DNA from: an uncultured Actinomycetes bacterium
GTDB taxonomy: Bacteria; Actinomycetota; Thermoleophilia; Gaiellales; JAICJC01
Direction: 5' to 3'
DNA: 64,000 nt
Assembly (NCBI GenBank): GCA_963757605.1
Contig: CAVWSF010000005.1
Span: forward strand, 1,587,667 to 1,651,666
This document shows, one piece after another, positions 63,135 through 64,000 of this stretch; position 1 is the first letter of the stretch, and each line of letters begins with the position of its first letter. The notes beneath the pieces are model-generated. The model searched no databases. It worked only from the letters and a program-made list of their open reading frames with translations, and was not told where the DNA came from. A program made the translations under genes and the position numbers.

Positions 63135-63335
63135 ATGACCAGCATGAGGCAGGTTCAACTCAGCCGACCCGAGGCAGACGCATTGGTGCAGGCCATGGGC
63201 AGGCTGCCTGACAGCGCTACGTTCGAGCGGGACTTGATCTCCAAGATCCTGAAGCGGGCTGAAGTACCAGAGGGCAAGCCGGACAGGAAACGGCCGAGCA
63301 ACTACGACAGGTGGCTCAGGGATCAAGCGGAGTAA
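63135..63335 (+). CDS. small hypothetical protein (66 aa)
   Basis: This is the internal ATG of ORF 63036..63335. It lies in a lower-GC region, has a weak SD, and no family was recognised. Confidence 0.3.
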   Translation: MTSMRQVQLSRPEADALVQAMGRLPDSATFERDLISKILKRAEVPEGKPDRKRPSNYDRWLRDQAE

Positions 63336-63341
63336 CGACTG

Positions 63342-63782
63342 CTAGGTGTCGCGATCGCCGAGCATCTGGTAGACGCTTAGGAGCATCGCGTTGGCTGCGA
63401 GCATCGTGACGATCAGGGCGACGATCTCGAGAAAGCTGCCGAGTTCGACGTTGTCTCCGAACACGAAGTTGACGGCCTCGAGGATCACGAACTTGCTCAG
63501 GAACAGGATGAGCCACACGGCGATGAAACGACCGAGCGTCCACGCTGTCCCTTGCCTCGCCGCAAAATAGGCCGAGACGCGCTGCTCGACGCCTTTGACA
63601 GCATCGACCATCAGTTTCAGCAGGACAGCGGTCAGAACCGAGATGTAGAACGAGTCGATGACGACCGTGTGGACGAACTCGACGAACAAGTTCAGCACGA
63701 CGATGTCCACCAGCACCTCCGACACCCAAGAGGTAAAGCGGGCTTGGGCCGGCGTGATCGTCCGTCGGTCGGCGCCCCTCAC
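63342..63782 (-). CDS. small integral membrane protein (about 146 aa, 3-4 TM), family not recognised
   Basis: The hydrophobic core is 'VLVDIVVLNLFVEFVHTVVIDSFYISVLTAVLLKLMV...FIAVWLILFLSKFVILEAV...FLEIVALIVTMLAANAMLL'. GTG 63782 is preceded by AGGAGG 4 nt upstream. The upstream Arg/Pro-rich part of ORF 63342..63947 was rejected. Confidence 0.55.
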   Translation of the reverse strand: MRGADRRTITPAQARFTSWVSEVLVDIVVLNLFVEFVHTVVIDSFYISVLTAVLLKLMVDAVKGVEQRVSAYFAARQGTAWTLGRFIAVWLILFLSKFVILEAVNFVFGDNVELGSFLEIVALIVTMLAANAMLLSVYQMLGDRDT

Positions 63783-63963
63783 CAGCCCTCCTGGCGATCC
63801 TCCACATGCGGCGGCAGGTACCGCTGAGGCCGACCCGGCTCGTGGCGCTGCAGCCGCATCGAGCGCGGGTCGCGGTGGTCGAGCACCGTCACCGCGCCAG
63901 TCTAGGCCCCTGTCCCGCTGGAGCCCCGACCGCCGCGGGGAGGGCATACGGCTCTGCGTCGTA

Positions 63964-64000
63964 GCGGAGCGGCGCAGGAGTCGAACCTACCAACCGTGGG
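63964..64000 (-). tRNA. 3' end of a tRNA gene running off the window; architecture fits tRNA-Sec (possible selC)
   Basis: The minus strand reads GTAGG-TTCGACT-CCTGC (T arm), then 8 nt GCCGCTCC, then G. This is an 8-bp acceptor with discriminator G and a CAGG/TTCGACT/CCTG-type T arm, as in my recollection of E. coli selC (...GCAGGTTCGACTCCTGTGATCTTCCGCCA). The 5' part lies beyond position 64000. Confidence 0.5.

Noticed and set aside
63056-63150. The distal tRNA-like sequence considered as a complete tRNA gene.
   Set aside because: The sequence 5' of the shared 37 nt on the minus strand lacks a D arm, an anticodon arm, and a 5' acceptor strand complementary to GCCGCTCC. It is only a 3' fragment.

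Overview
This is a 64-kb stretch of very GC-rich chromosome (roughly 70% or higher by eye). The gene content looks like Actinomycetota: DivIVA, MMPL, an F420-type reductase, a LAL-type LuxR regulator and a hyp cluster with a SIS protein. No finer taxonomy can be read from the sequence alone. I support about 60 protein genes. Real frames were separated from the many GC-driven antisense shadow ORFs using family motifs, third-position GC, and start/stop overlaps of the ATGA/GTGA type.

Main blocks:
- An SPT-like alpha-oxoamine synthase coupled to a membrane PAS-GGDEF-EAL protein.
- A DivIVA protein next to a Wzz-like pseudo-kinase.
- NMO with a LAL regulator.
- Three regulator/MFS efflux modules.
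- cspA, proline dehydrogenase, and an HD-GYP-LuxR fusion.
- MMPL, then cydAB followed directly by hypC-D-E-A-B, a SIS gene and hypF. No hydrogenase structural genes are present.
- An ABC transporter pair.
- A coupled GS-like / class-II amidotransferase / SDR trio.

No CRISPR array, integrase, transposase or recognisable defence system was found.

Most notable observations:
1. A sharply bounded 1.3-kb zone carries about 24 frame lesions in an M24 hydrolase and a molybdopterin oxidoreductase. Isolated lesions occur in four other genes.
2. A 254-bp element with terminal inverted repeats (MITE-like) sits in a CTAG between two convergent genes.
3. A 37-nt direct duplication of a tRNA 3' end (tRNA-Sec-like) brackets an 0.87-kb integrase-less remnant at the window edge.

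All functional calls rest on motif recognition from memory. No database search was run.
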